From contig CM120644.1 of the NCBI GenBank assembly GCA_051362555.1, forward strand, positions 20,668,534 through 20,732,533: a stretch of 64,000 bases of DNA, written 5' to 3'. The DNA is from Lingula anatina. Lineage: Eukaryota; Animalia; Brachiopoda. Every line of letters starts with the position of its first letter. Positions within the stretch are counted from its first letter, which is position 1. Of the stretch, positions 1 through 13,637 are shown in pieces. The notes under the pieces were generated by a model that did not search any database, was not told where the DNA came from, and saw only the letters and a program-made list of their open reading frames with translations. A program made the translations under genes and the position numbers.

Positions 1-355
1 CTAAGAAATTATTATTTTTGAAAAGGATCACTTAGATCCCACTCAGTTTTAAATATGTTCAAGGTAACAAGGGTTAATGTGAGCTGTCAGGAGTTGAGGG
101 GGAGGGGGGGGTTTGCTCAGCAAAAATTTTAATATAGACAAAATGTCATGTATATATCTTGATGCTTGTGCATTGTCGCTTGAGACATTCAATGTGTCTG
201 TATATATTCTGATCACTGTGTATATCTTTATTGTTGCTGTATGTGTTAATTATAATATAATAATATATATTTTGATCACTGTGTTATGTCTGTGTTGTAA
301 CTACTGTATGTGTCTACATATATATTTTTATTGATGATGTATTATCTGTTTTCAG

Positions 356-435
356 TAGAGATGAAGGTGTGTTTCCTGGATTATCATCACATTGAGGACA
401 ACTGAACTGATCTCAACCTAGCAGCCTCAGCACAG
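356..435 (+). ncRNA. Putative 80-nt non-coding exon (first copy; repeated in each A monomer)
   Basis: Preceded by tattatctgttttcag and followed by gtcagt. Stops in all three frames. Splice signals are kept in the diverged copies at 49,883 and 62,641. Expression cannot be seen from sequence. Confidence 0.5.
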
Positions 436-757
436 GTCAGTGCAACTATGATATTGCCAAACCGATGATTCTGTTCAATCGCAATGTGACCATTGCCACT
501 ATATGTTGTACCTAAGAAATTATGATTTTGGAAAAGGATCACTTAGATCCCACTCAGTTTTATATATGTTCAAGGTGACAAGGGTTAATGTGAGCTGTCA
601 GGAGTTGGGGAGAGGGGGGGGGGGGGTGTTCGCTTAGCAAAAATCTTGATATAGCCAAAATTTTATGTATACATTCTGATGCCTGTGCATTGTCTGTGAT
701 GACATTGAATGTGTCTGTATATATTCTGGTCACTGTCTATGTCTTTATTGTCGCTGT

Positions 758-955
758 AATCAAATCTAGTTCTACAGCCTTACATCATCAGCAAAAAAAG
801 GTCAGTGCAGTAATGATATTGCTACACTGGTGATTCTCTTCAATCCCATTTTGACCATCACTATATGTTGTAACTAAGAAATTAACATTTGTAAATGGGT
901 CACTTAGATCCAAACCAGTTTTAAATATGTTCGAGGTGACGGGTTAGTGTGAACT
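758..955 (+). repeat. Diverged B-type monomer segment (first of ~19), lacking the acceptor and the 5' half of the exon cassette
   Basis: tctacagccttacatcatcagcaaaaaaag|gtcagt aligns to A-type tctcaacctagcagcctcagcacag|gtcagt. The downstream part carries many fixed differences. Confidence 0.85.
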
Positions 956-2367
956 AGATCCCACTCAGTTTTATATATGTTCAAGGTGACAAGGGTTTAA
1001 GTGAAATGTCATGAGTTGGGTGGAGGGTTCGCTTCGCAAAAATCTTGTTGAGTTGAGGGGGAGGGGGGGGTTTGCTCAGCAAAATGTCTTTATAATATAA
1101 TAATATATTTTGATCACTGTGTTATGTCTGTGTTGTAACTACTGTATGTGTCTACATATATATTTTTATTGATGATGTATTATCTGTTTTCAGTAGAGAT
1201 GAAGGTGTGTTTCCTGGATTATCATCACACTGAGGACAACTGAACTGATCTCAACCTAGCAGCCTCAGCACAGGTCAGTGCAACTATGATATTGCCATAC
1301 TGATGATTCTGTTCAATCGCAATGTGACCATTGCCACTATATGCTGTACCTAAGAAATTATCATTTTGGAAAAGGATCACTTAGATCCCACTCAGTTTTA
1401 TATATGTTCAAGGTGACAAGGGTTAATATGAAATGTCACGAGTTGGGGGGAGGGTTCGCTTCGCAAAAATCTTGATATAGCCAAAATTTAATGCATACAT
1501 TCTGTTGCCTGTGCATTGTCTGTGATGACATTGAATGTGTCTGTATATATTCTGGTCACTGTCTATGTCTTTATTGTTGCTGTATGTGTTTATTATAATA
1601 TAATAATATATATTTTGATCACTGTGTTATGTCTGTGTTGTAACTACTGTATGTGTCTACATATATATTTTTATTGATGATGTATTATCTGTTTTCAGTA
1701 GAGATGAAGGTGTGTTTCCTGGATTATCATCACACTAAAGACAACTGAACTGATCTCAACCTAGCAGCCTCAGCACAGGTCAGTGCAACTATGATATTGC
1801 CATACCGATGATTCTGTTCAATCGCAATGTGACCATTGCCACTATATGCTGTACCTAAGAAATTATCATTTTGGAAAAGGATCACTTAGATCCCACTCAG
1901 TTTTATATATGTTCAAGGTAACAAGGGTTAATGTGAACTGTTAGGAGTTGGGGGAGTTGGGGGGCTTCTCTCAGAAAAAATTTTGATATAGACAAAATTT
2001 CATGTATATATCTTGATGTTTTGTGCATTGTCTGTGATGACATTAAATGTGTCTGTATATATTCTGGTCACTGTCTATGTCTTTATTGTTGTTGTATGTG
2101 TTTCTTATAATTAATAAATATATATTTTGATCACTGTGTTATGTCTGTGTTGTAACTACTGTATGTGTCTACATATATATTTTTATTGATGATGTATTAT
2201 CTGTTTTCAGTAGAGATGAAGGTGTGTTTCCTAGATTATCATCACACTGAGGACAACTGAACTGATCTCAACCTAGCAGCCTCAGCACAGGTCAGTGCAA
2301 CTATGATATTGCCATTGCCACTATATGCTGTACCTAAGAAATTATCATTTTGGAAAAGGATCACTTA

Positions 2368-2582
2368 GGCTCTGTTCTCACAACTTTTAGATCGATCTAT
2401 CACCGCGGGGAGTCTCACTAGATTACTGTCAGATAATCCCCCTTAAGTGTCCGTCCCCGCCTACTACAAGCTTTAAGGGGTAATTAACTTTCGTGTCCGC
2501 CCGGCTGACAGCTATTTAGCGTAAACCCCCAGGGAGTTAGGTCGATCCAATGTAGGTCGATCTAATCTATGAGAATGGGGTG
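2368..2582 (+). mobile_element. 215-bp MITE, PIF/Harbinger (Tourist)-like, copy 1
   Basis: Empty site gatcacTTAgatccc becomes gatcacTTA-[ggctctgttctca...tgagaatggggtg]-TTAgatccc. 3-bp TTA TSD, imperfect TIRs with inner tagatcga repeats. Confidence 0.85.
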
Positions 2583-3577
2583 TTAGATCCCACTCAGTTT
2601 TATATATGTTCAAGGTGACAAGGGTTAATATGAAATGTCAGGAGTTGGGGGGAAGGTTCGATTCGCAAAAATCTTGATATAGCCAAAATTTTATGCATAC
2701 ATTCTGTTGCCTGTGCTTTGTCTGTGATGACATTGAATGTTTCTGTATATATTCTGGTCACTGTCTTTGTCTTTATTGTTGCTGTATGTGTTAATTATAA
2801 TATAATAATATATACGTATTTTGATCACTGTGTTATGTCTGTGTTGTAACTACTGTATGTGTCTACATATATATATATTTTTATTGATGATGTATTATCT
2901 GTTTTCAGTAGAGATGAAGGTGTGTTTCTTGGATTATCATCACACTGAGGACAACTGAACTGATCTCAACCTAGCAGCCTCAGCACAGGTCAGTGCAACT
3001 ATGATATTGCCATACCGATGATTCTGTTCAATCGCAAAGTGACCATTGCCACTATATGCTGTACCTAAGAAATTATCATTTTGGAAAAGGATCACTTAGA
3101 TCCCACTCAGTTTTATATATGTTCAAGGTAACAAGGGTTAATGTGAACTGTTAGGAGTTGGGGGAGTTGGGGGGCTTCTCTCAGAAAAAATTTTGATATA
3201 GACAAAATTTCATGTATATATCTTGATGTTTTGTGCATTGTCTGTGATGACATTAAATGTGTCTGTATATATTCTGGTCACTGTCTATGTCTTTATTGTT
3301 GTTGTATGTGTTTCTTATAATTAATAAATATATATTTTGATCACTGTGTTATGTCTGTGTTGTAACTACTGTATGTGTCTACATATATATTTTTATTGAT
3401 GATGTATTATCTGTTTTCAGTAGAGATGAAGGTGTGTTTCCTAGATTATCATCACACTGAGGACAACTGAACTGATCTCAACCTAGCAGCCTCAGCACAG
3501 GTCAGTGCAACTATGATATTGCCATTGCCACTATATGCTGTACCTAAGAAATTATCATTTTGGAAAAGGATCACTTA

Positions 3578-3792
3578 GGCTCTGTTCTTACAACTTTTAG
3601 ATCGATCTATCACCGCGGGGAGTCTCACTAGATTACTGTCAGATAATCCCCCTTAAGTGTCCGTCCCCGCCTACTACAAGCTTTAAGGGGTAATTAACTT
3701 TCGTGTCCGCCCGGCTGACAGCTATTTAGCGTAAACCCCCAGGGAGTTAGGTCGATCCAATGTAGGTCGATCTAATCTATGAGAATGGGGTG
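3578..3792 (+). mobile_element. 215-bp MITE copy 2
   Basis: Near-identical to copy 1, same site and TSD. Confidence 0.85.
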
Positions 3793-6700
3793 TTAGATCC
3801 CACTCAGTTTTATATATGTTCAAGGTGACAAGGGTTAATATGAAATGTCAGGAGTTGGGGGGAAGGTTCGATTCGCAAAAATCTTGATATAGCCAAAATT
3901 TTATGCATACATTCTGTTGCCTGTGCTTTGTCTGTGATGACATTGAATGTTTCTGTATATATTCTGGTCACTGTCTTTGTCTTTATTGTTGCTGTATGTG
4001 TTAATTATAATATAATAATATATACGTATTTTGATCACTGTGTTATGTCTGTGTTGTAACTACTGTATGTGTCTACATATATATTTTTATTGATGATGTA
4101 TTATCTGTTTTCAGTAGAGATGAAGGTGTGTTTCCTGGATTATCATCACATTGAGGACAACTGAACTGATCTCAACCTAGCAGCCTCAGCACAGGTCAGT
4201 GCAACTATGATATTGCCATACCGATGATTCTGTTCAATCGCAATGTGACCATTGCCACTATATGTTGTACCTAAGAAATTATGATTTTGGAAAAGGATCA
4301 CTTAGATCCCACTCAGTTTTATATATGTTCAAGGTGACAAGGGTTAATGTGAGCTGTCAGGAGTTGGGGAGGGGGGGGGGGGGGTGTTCGCTTAGCAAAA
4401 ATCTTGATATAGCCAAAATTTTATGTATACATTCTGATGCCTGTGCATTGTCTGTGATGACATTGAATGTGTCTGTATATATTCTGGTCACTGTCTATGT
4501 CTTTATTGTCGCTGTAATCAAATCTAGTTCTACAACCTTACATCATCAGCAAAAAAAGGTCAGTGCAGTAATGATATTGCTACACTGGTGATTCTCTTCA
4601 ATCCCATTTTGACCATCACTATATGTTGTAACTAAGAAATTAACATTTGTAAATGGGTCACTTAGATCCAAACCAGTTTTAAATATGTTCGAGGTGACGG
4701 GTTAGTGTGAACTAGATCCCACTCAGTTTTATATATGTTCAAGGTGACAAGGGTTTAAGTGAAATGTCATGAGTTGGGTGGAGGGTTCGCTTCGCAAAAA
4801 TCTTGTTGAGTTGAGGGGGAGGGGGGGGTTTGCTCAGCAAAATGTCTTTATAATATAATAATATATTTTGATCACTGTGTTATGTCTGTGTTGTAACTAC
4901 TGTATGTGTCTACATATATATTTTTATTGATGATGTATTATCTGTTTTCAGTAGAGATGAAGGTGTGTTTCCTGGATTATCATCACACTGAGGACAACTG
5001 AACTGATCTCAACCTAGCAGCCTCAGCACAGGTCAGTGCAACTATGATATTGCCATACTGATGATTCTGTTCAATCGCAATGTGACCATTGCCACTATAT
5101 GCTGTACCTAAGAAATTATCATTTTGGAAAAGGATCACTTAGATCCCACTCAGTTTTATATATGTTCAAGGTGACAAGGGTTAATATGAAATGTCACGAG
5201 TTGGGGGGAGGGTTCGCTTCGCAAAAATCTTGATATAGCCAAAATTTAATGCATACATTCTGTTGCCTGTGCATTGTCTGTGATGACATTGAATGTGTCT
5301 GTATATATTCTGGTCACTGTCTATGTCTTTATTGTTGCTGTATGTGTTTATTATAATATAATAATATATATTTTGATCACTGTGTTATGTCTGTGTTGTA
5401 ACTACTGTATGTATCTACATATATATTTTTCTTGATGATGTATTATCTGTTTTCAGTAGAGATGAAGGTGTGTTTCCTGGATTATCATCACACTGAGGAC
5501 AACTGAACTGATCTCAACCTAGCAGCCTCAGCACAGGTCAGTGCAACTATGATATTGACATATTAATGATTCTGTTAAATCGCAATGTGACCATTGCCAC
5601 TATATGCTGTACCTAAGAAATTATTATTTTTGAAAAGGATCACTTAGATCCCACTCAGTTTTAAATATGTTCAAGGTAACAAGGGTTAATGTGAGCTGTC
5701 AGGAGTTGAGGGGGAGGGGGGGGTTTGCTCAGCAAAAATTTTAATATAGACAAAATGTCATGTATATATCTTGATGCTTGTGCATTGTCGCTTGAGACAT
5801 TCAATGTGTCTGTATATATTCTGATCACTGTGTATATCTTTATTGTTGCTGTATGTGTTAATTATAATATAATAATATATATTTTGATCACTGTGTTATG
5901 TCTGTGTTGTAACTACTGTATGTGTCTACATATATATTTTTATTGATGATGTATTATCTGTTTTCAGTAGAGATGAAGGTGTGTTTCCTGGATTATCATC
6001 ACATTGAGGACAACTGAACTGATCTCAACCTAGCAGCCTCAGCACAGGTCAGTGCAACTATGATATTGCCAAACCGATGATTCTGTTCAATCGCAATGTG
6101 ACCATTGCCACTATATGTTGTACCTAAGAAATTATGATTTTGGAAAAGGATCACTTAGATCCCACTCAGTTTTATATATGTTCAAGGTGACAAGGGTTAA
6201 TGTGAGCTGTCAGGAGTTGGGGAGAGGGGGGGGGGGGGGGGTGTTCGCTTAGCAAAAATCTTGATATAGCCAAAATTTTATGTATACATTCTGATGCCTG
6301 TGCATTGTCTGTGATGACATTGAATGTGTCTGTATATATTCTGGTCACTGTCTATGTCTTTATTGTCGCTGTAATCAAATCTAGTTCTACAGCCTTACAT
6401 CATCAGCAAAAAAAGGTCAGTGCAGTAATGATATTGCTACACTGGTGATTCTCTTCAATCCCATTTTGACCATCACTATATGTTGTAACTAAGAAATTAA
6501 CATTTGTAAATGGGTCACTTAGATCCAAACCAGTTTTAAATATGTTCGAGGTGACGGGTTAGTGTGAACTAGATCCCACTCAGTTTTATATATGTTCAAG
6601 GTGACAAGGGTTTAAGTGAAATGTCATGAGTTGGGTGGAGGGTTCGCTTCGCAAAAATCTTGTTGAGTTGAGGGGGAGGGGGGGGTTTGCTCAGCAAAAT

Positions 6701-7982
6701 GTCTTTATAATATAATAATATATTTTGATCACTGTGTTATGTCTGTGTTGTAACTACTGTATGTGTCTACATATATATTTTTATTGATGATGTATTATCT
6801 GTTTTCAGTAGAGATGAAGGTGTGTTTCCTGGATTATCATCACACTGAGGACAACTGAACTGATCTCAACCTAGCAGCCTCAGCACAGGTCAGTGCAACT
6901 ATGATATTGCCATACTGATGATTCTGTTCAATCGCAATGTGACCATTGCCACTATATGCTGTACCTAAGAAATTATCATTTTGGAAAAGGATCACTTAGA
7001 TCCCACTCAGTTTTATATATGTTCAAGGTGACAAGGGTTAATATGAAATGTCACGAGTTGGGGGGAGGGTTCGCTTCGCAAAAATCTTGATATAGCCAAA
7101 ATTTAATGCATACATTCTGTTGCCTGTGCATTGTCTGTGATGACATTGAATGTGTCTGTATATATTCTGGTCACTGTCTATGTCTTTATTGTTGCTGTAT
7201 GTGTTTATTATAATATAATAATATATATTTTGATCACTGTGTTATGTCTGTGTTGTAACTACTGTATGTGTCTACATATATATTTTTATTGATGATGTAT
7301 TATCTGTTTTCAGTAGAGATGAAGGTGTGTTTCCTGGATTATCATCACATTGAGGACAACTGAACTAATCTCAGCCTAGCAGCCTCAGCACAGGTCAGTG
7401 CAACTATGATATTGCCATACTGATGATTCTGTTCAATCGCAATGTGACCATTGCCACTATATGCTGTACCTAAGAAATTATCATTTTGGAAAAGGATCAC
7501 TTAGATCCCACTCAGTTTTATATATGTTCAAGGTAACAAGGGTTAATGTGAACTGTTAGGAGTTGGGGGAGTTGGGGGGCTTCTCTCAGAAAAAATTTTG
7601 ATATAGACAAAATTTCATGTATATATCTTGATGTTTTGTGCATTGTCTGTGATGACATTAAATGTGTCTGTATATATTCTGGTCACTGTCTATGTCTTTA
7701 TTGTTGTTGTATGTGTTTCTTATAATTAATAAATATATATTTTGATCACTGTGTTATGTCTGTGTTGTAACTACTGTATGTGTCTACATATATATTTTTA
7801 TTGATGATGTATTATCTGTTTTCAGTAGAGATGAAGGTGTGTTTCCTAGATTATCATCACACTGAGGACAACTGAACTGATCTCAACCTAGCAGCCTCAG
7901 CACAGGTCAGTGCAACTATGATATTGCCATTGCCACTATATGCTGTACCTAAGAAATTATCATTTTGGAAAAGGATCACTTA

Positions 7983-8197
7983 GGCTCTGTTCTCACAACT
8001 TTTAGATCGATCTATCACCGCGGGGAGTCTCACTAGATTACTGTCAGATAATCCCCCTTAAGTGTCCGTCCCCGCCTACTACAAGCTTTAAGGGGTAATT
8101 AACTTTCGTGTCCGCCCGGCTGACAGCTATTTAGCGTAAACCCCCAGGGAGTTAGGTCGATCCAATGTAGGTCGATCTAATCTATGAGAATGGGGTG
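7983..8197 (+). mobile_element. 215-bp MITE copy 3
   Basis: Same sequence, site and TTA TSD. Confidence 0.85.
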
Positions 8198-9192
8198 TTA
8201 GATCCCACTCAGTTTTATATATGTTCAAGGTGACAAGGGTTAATATGAAATGTCAGGAGTTGGGGGGAAGGTTCGATTCGCAAAAATCTTGATATAGCCA
8301 AAATTTTATGCATACATTCTGTTGCCTGTGCTTTGTCTGTGATGACATTGAATGTTTCTGTATATATTCTGGTCACTGTCTTTGTCTTTATTGTTGCTGT
8401 ATGTGTTAATTATAATATAATAATATATACGTATTTTGATCACTGTGTTATGTCTGTGTTGTAACTACTGTATGTGTCTACATATATATATATTTTTATT
8501 GATGATGTATTATCTGTTTTCAGTAGAGATGAAGGTGTGTTTCTTGGATTATCATCACACTGAGGACAACTGAACTGATCTCAACCTAGCAGCCTCAGCA
8601 CAGGTCAGTGCAACTATGATATTGCCATACCGATGATTCTGTTCAATCGCAAAGTGACCATTGCCACTATATGCTGTACCTAAGAAATTATCATTTTGGA
8701 AAAGGATCACTTAGATCCCACTCAGTTTTATATATGTTCAAGGTAACAAGGGTTAATGTGAACTGTTAGGAGTTGGGGGAGTTGGGGGGCTTCTCTCAGA
8801 AAAAATTTTGATATAGACAAAATTTCATGTATATATCTTGATGTTTTGTGCATTGTCTGTGATGACATTAAATGTGTCTGTATATATTCTGGTCACTGTC
8901 TATGTCTTTATTGTTGTTGTATGTGTTTCTTATAATTAATAAATATATATTTTGATCACTGTGTTATGTCTGTGTTGTAACTACTGTATGTGTCTACATA
9001 TATATTTTTATTGATGATGTATTATCTGTTTTCAGTAGAGATGAAGGTGTGTTTCCTAGATTATCATCACACTGAGGACAACTGAACTGATCTCAACCTA
9101 GCAGCCTCAGCACAGGTCAGTGCAACTATGATATTGCCATTGCCACTATATGCTGTACCTAAGAAATTATCATTTTGGAAAAGGATCACTTA

Positions 9193-9407
9193 GGCTCTGT
9201 TCTCACAACTTTTAGATCGATCTATCACCGCGGGGAGTCTCACTAGATTACTGTCAGATAATCCCCCTTAAGTGTCCGTCCCCGCCTACTACAAGCTTTA
9301 AGGGGTAATTAACTTTCGTGTCCGCCCGGCTGACAGCTATTTAGCGTAAACCCCCAGGGAGTTAGGTCGATCCAATGTAGGTCGATCTAATCTATGAGAA
9401 TGGGGTG
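9193..9407 (+). mobile_element. 215-bp MITE copy 4
   Basis: Same sequence, site and TTA TSD. Confidence 0.85.
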
Positions 9408-12400
9408 TTAGATCCCACTCAGTTTTATATATGTTCAAGGTGACAAGGGTTAATATGAAATGTCAGGAGTTGGGGGGAAGGTTCGATTCGCAAAAATCTT
9501 GATATAGCCAAAATTTTATGCATACATTCTGTTGCCTGTGCTTTGTCTGTGATGACATTGAATGTTTCTGTATATATTCTGGTCACTGTCTTTGTCTTTA
9601 TTGTTGCTGTATGTGTTAATTATAATATAATAATATATACGTATTTTGATCACTGTGTTATGTCTGTGTTGTAACTACTGTATGTGTCTACATATATATA
9701 TATTTTTATTGATGATGTATTATCTGTTTTCAGTAGAGATGAAGGTGTGTTTCTTGGATTATCATCACACTGAGGACAACTGAACTGATCTCAACCTAGC
9801 AGCCTCAGCACAGGTCAGTGCAACTATGATATTGCCATACCGATGATTCTGTTCAATCGCAAAGTGACCATTGCCACTATATGTTGTACCTAAGAAATTA
9901 TCATTTTGGAAAAGGATCACTTAGATCCCACTCAGTTTTATATATGTTCAAGGTGACAAGGGTTAATGTGAGCTGTCAGGAGTTGGGGAGGGGGTGGGGT
10001 TCGCTTAGCAAAAATCTTGATATAGCCAAAATTTTATGTATACATTCTGATGCCTGTGCATTGTCTGTGATGACATTGAATGTTTCTGTATATATTCTGG
10101 TCACTGTCTATGTCTTTATTGTCGCTGTAATCAAATCTAGTTCTGCAACCTTACATCATCAGCAAAAAAAGGTCAGTGCAGTAATGATATTGCTACACTG
10201 GTGATTCTCATCAATCCCATTTTGACCATCACTATATGTTGTAACTGAGAAATTAACATTTGTAAATGTGTCACTTAAATCCAAACCAGTTTTAAATATG
10301 TTCAAGGTGACGGGTTAGTGTGAACTGTCAGGAGTTGGGGGAGGGGGGGGGGGGGTCGGTTCACTCAGCAAAAATTTTGATATAGACAAAATTTCATGTA
10401 TATATCTTGATGTTTTGTGCATTGTCGCTTGAGACATTAAATGTGTCTGTATATATTCTGATCACTGTGTATATCTTTGTTGTTGCTGTATGTGTTAATT
10501 ATAATATAATAATATATATTTTGATCACTGTGTTATGTCTGTGTTGTAACTACTGTATGTGTCTACATATATATTTTTATTGATGATGTATTATCTGTTT
10601 TCAGTAGAGATGAAGGTGTGTTTCCTAGATTATCATCACACTGAGGACAACTGAACTGATCTCAACCTAGCAGCCTCAGCACAGGTCAGTGCAACTATGA
10701 TATTGCCATACCGATGATTCTGTTCAATCGCAATGTGACCATTGCCACTATATGCTGTACCTAAGAAATTATGATTTTGGAAAAGGATCACTTAGATCCC
10801 ACTCAGTTTTATATATGTTCAAGGTAACAATGGTTAATGTGAGCTGTCAGGAGTTGGGGAGAGGGGGGGGGGGGGTTCTCTTATCAAAAATCTTGATATA
10901 GCCAAAATTTTATGTATACATTCTGATGCCTGTGCATTGTCTGTGATGACATTGAATGTGTCTGTATATATTCTGGTCACTGTGTATGTCTTTATTGTTG
11001 TTGTATGTGTTAATTATAATATAATAATATATTTTGATCACTGTGTTATGTCTGTGTTGTAACTACTGTATGTGTCTACATATATATATTTATTGATGAT
11101 GTATTATCTTTTTTCAGTAGAGATGAAGCTGTGTTTCCTGGATTATCATCACACTGAGGACAACTGAACTGATCTCAACCTAGCAGCCTCAGCACAGGTC
11201 AGTGCAACTATGATATTGACATATTAATGATTCTGTTCAATCGCAATGTGACCATTGCCACTATATGCTGTACCTAAGAAATTATTATTTTTGAAAAGGA
11301 TCACTTAGATCCCACTCAGTTTTAAATATGTTCAAGGTAACAAGGGTTAATGTGAGCTGTCAGGAGTTGAGGGGGAGGGGGGGGTTTGCTCAGCAAAAAT
11401 TTTAATATAGACAAAATGTCATGTATATATCTTGATGCTTGTGCATTGTCGCTTGAGACATTCAATGTGTCTGTATATATTCTGATCACTGTGTATATCT
11501 TTATTGTTGCTGTATGTGTTAATTATAATATAATAATATATATTTTGATCACTGTGTTATGTCTGTGTTGTAACTACTGTATGTGTCTACATATATATTT
11601 TTATTGATGATGTATTATCTGTTTTCAGTAGAGATGAAGGTGTGTTTCCTGGATTATCATCACATTGAGGACAACTGAACTAATCTCAGCCTAGCAGCCT
11701 CAGCACAGGTCAGTGCAACTATGATATTGCCATACTGATGATTCTGTTAAATCGCAATGTGACCATTGCCACTATATGCTGTACCTAAGAATTAAATTAT
11801 GATTTTGGAAAAGGATCACTTAGATCCCACTCAGTTTTATATATATTCAAGGTGACAAGGGTTAATATGAAATGTCCTAAGATGTATGCTGTACCTAAGA
11901 AATTACCATTTTGGAAAAGGATCACTTAGATCCCACTCAGTTTTATATATGCATGTTCAAGGTGACAAGGGTTAATATGAAATGTCACGAGTTGGGGGGG
12001 GGGGGGGGGGGGTTCGCTTCACAAAAATCTTGATATAGCCAAAATTTTATGCATACATTCTGTTGCCTGTGCATTGTCTGTGATGACATTGAATGTGTCT
12101 GTATATATTCTGGTCACTGTCTATGTCTTTATTGTTGCTGTATGTGTTTATTATATTTTGATCACTGTGTTATGTCTGTGTTGTAACTACTGTATGTGTC
12201 TACATATATATTTTTATTGATGATGTATTATCTGTTTTCAGTAGAGATGAAGGTGTGTTTCCTAGATTATCATCACACTGAGGACAACTGAACTGATCTC
12301 AACCTAGCAGCCTCAGCACAGGTCAGTGCAACTATGATATTGCCATACCGATGATTCTGTTCAATCGCAATGTGACCATTGCCACTATAAGCTGTACCTA

Positions 12401-13422
12401 AGAAATTATGATTTTCGAAAAGGATCACTTAGATCCCACTCAGTTTTATATATGTTCAAGGTAACAATGGTTAATGTGAGCTGTCAGGAGTTGGGGAGAG
12501 GGGGGTGGGTGGTTCTCTTATCAAAAATCTTGATATAGCCAAAATTTTATGTATACATTCTGATGCCTGTGCATTGTCTGTGATGACATTGAATGTGTCT
12601 GTATATATTCTGGTCACTGTGTATGTCTTTATTGTTGTTGTATGTGTTAATTATAATATAATAATATATTTTGATCACTGTGTTATGTCTGTGTTGTAAC
12701 TACTGTATGTGTCTACATATATATTTTTATTGATAATGTATTATCTGTTTTCAGTAGAGATGAAGGTGTGTTTCCTGGATTATCATCACACTGAGGACAA
12801 CTGAACTGATCTTTACCTAGCAGCCTCAGCACAGGTCAGTGCAACTATGATATTGCCATACTGATGATTCTGTTCAATCGCAATGTGACCATTGCCACTA
12901 TATGCTGTACCTAAGAAATTATCATTTTGGAAAAGGATCACTTAGATCCCACTCAGTTTTATATATGTTCAAGGTAACAAGGGTTAATGTGAACTGTTAG
13001 GAGTTGGGGGAGGGGGGGGCTTCTCTCAGAAAAAATTTTGATATAGACAAAATTTCATGTATATATCTTGATGTTTTGTGCATTGTCTGTGATGACATTA
13101 AATGTGTCTGTATATATTCTGGTCACTGTCTATGTCTTTATTGTTGTTGTATGTGTTTCTTATAATTAATAAATATATATTTTGATCACTGTGTTATGTC
13201 TGTGTTGTAACTACTGTATGTGTCTACATATATATTTTTATTGATGATGTATTATCTGTTTTCAGTAGAGATGAAGGTGTGTTTCCTAGATTATCATCAC
13301 ACTGAGGACAACTGAACTGATCTCAACCTAGCAGCCTCAGCACAGGTCAGTGCAACTATGATATTGCCATTGCCACTATATGCTGTACCTAAGAAATTAT
13401 CATTTTGGAAAAGGATCACTTA

Positions 13423-13637
13423 GGCTCTGTTCTCACAACTTTTAGATCGATCTATCACCGCGGGGAGTCTCACTAGATTACTGTCAGATAATCCCCCTTA
13501 AGTGTCCGTCCCCGCCTACTACAAGCTTTAAGGGGTAATTAACTTTCGTGTCCACCCGGCTGACAGCTATTTAGCGTGAACACCCAGGGAGTTAGGTCGA
13601 TCCAATGTAGGTCGATCTAATCTATGAGAATGGGGTG
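13423..13637 (+). mobile_element. 215-bp MITE copy 5
   Basis: Same site and TSD, with a few substitutions (tccacccggc, gtgaacaccc). Confidence 0.85.

Larger units (their letters stand above)
1..9850 (+). repeat. Higher-order repeat with a period of ~5.61 kb containing a nested 1,210-bp MITE-bearing dimer
   Basis: Position 1 matches 5,613. Identical ORFs at 113 and 5,725. MITE starts at 2,368/3,578 recur at 7,983/9,193. Confidence 0.92.

Noticed and set aside
460-520. Minus-strand exon in the monomer (tttcttag|GTAC...)
   Set aside because: The would-be donor varies among units (GTATGG, GTTTGG, CTATGG, ATATG) and the region is deleted in several units.
1294-1346. Hammerhead ribozyme in the monomer (CTGATGA variant)
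   Set aside because: The GAAA core is replaced by GCAA, stem II is not formed correctly, and many units read CCGATGA.
1520-1625. Intronic C/D-box snoRNA (GTGATGA ... CTGA/TTGA)
   Set aside because: Units with the C box have CTGG or TTGA instead of a D box, units with CTGA lack the C box, and there is no terminal stem. The TGATGA...CTGA pair at ~62,748-62,806 is not conserved in most array units. A snoRNA scan would settle it.
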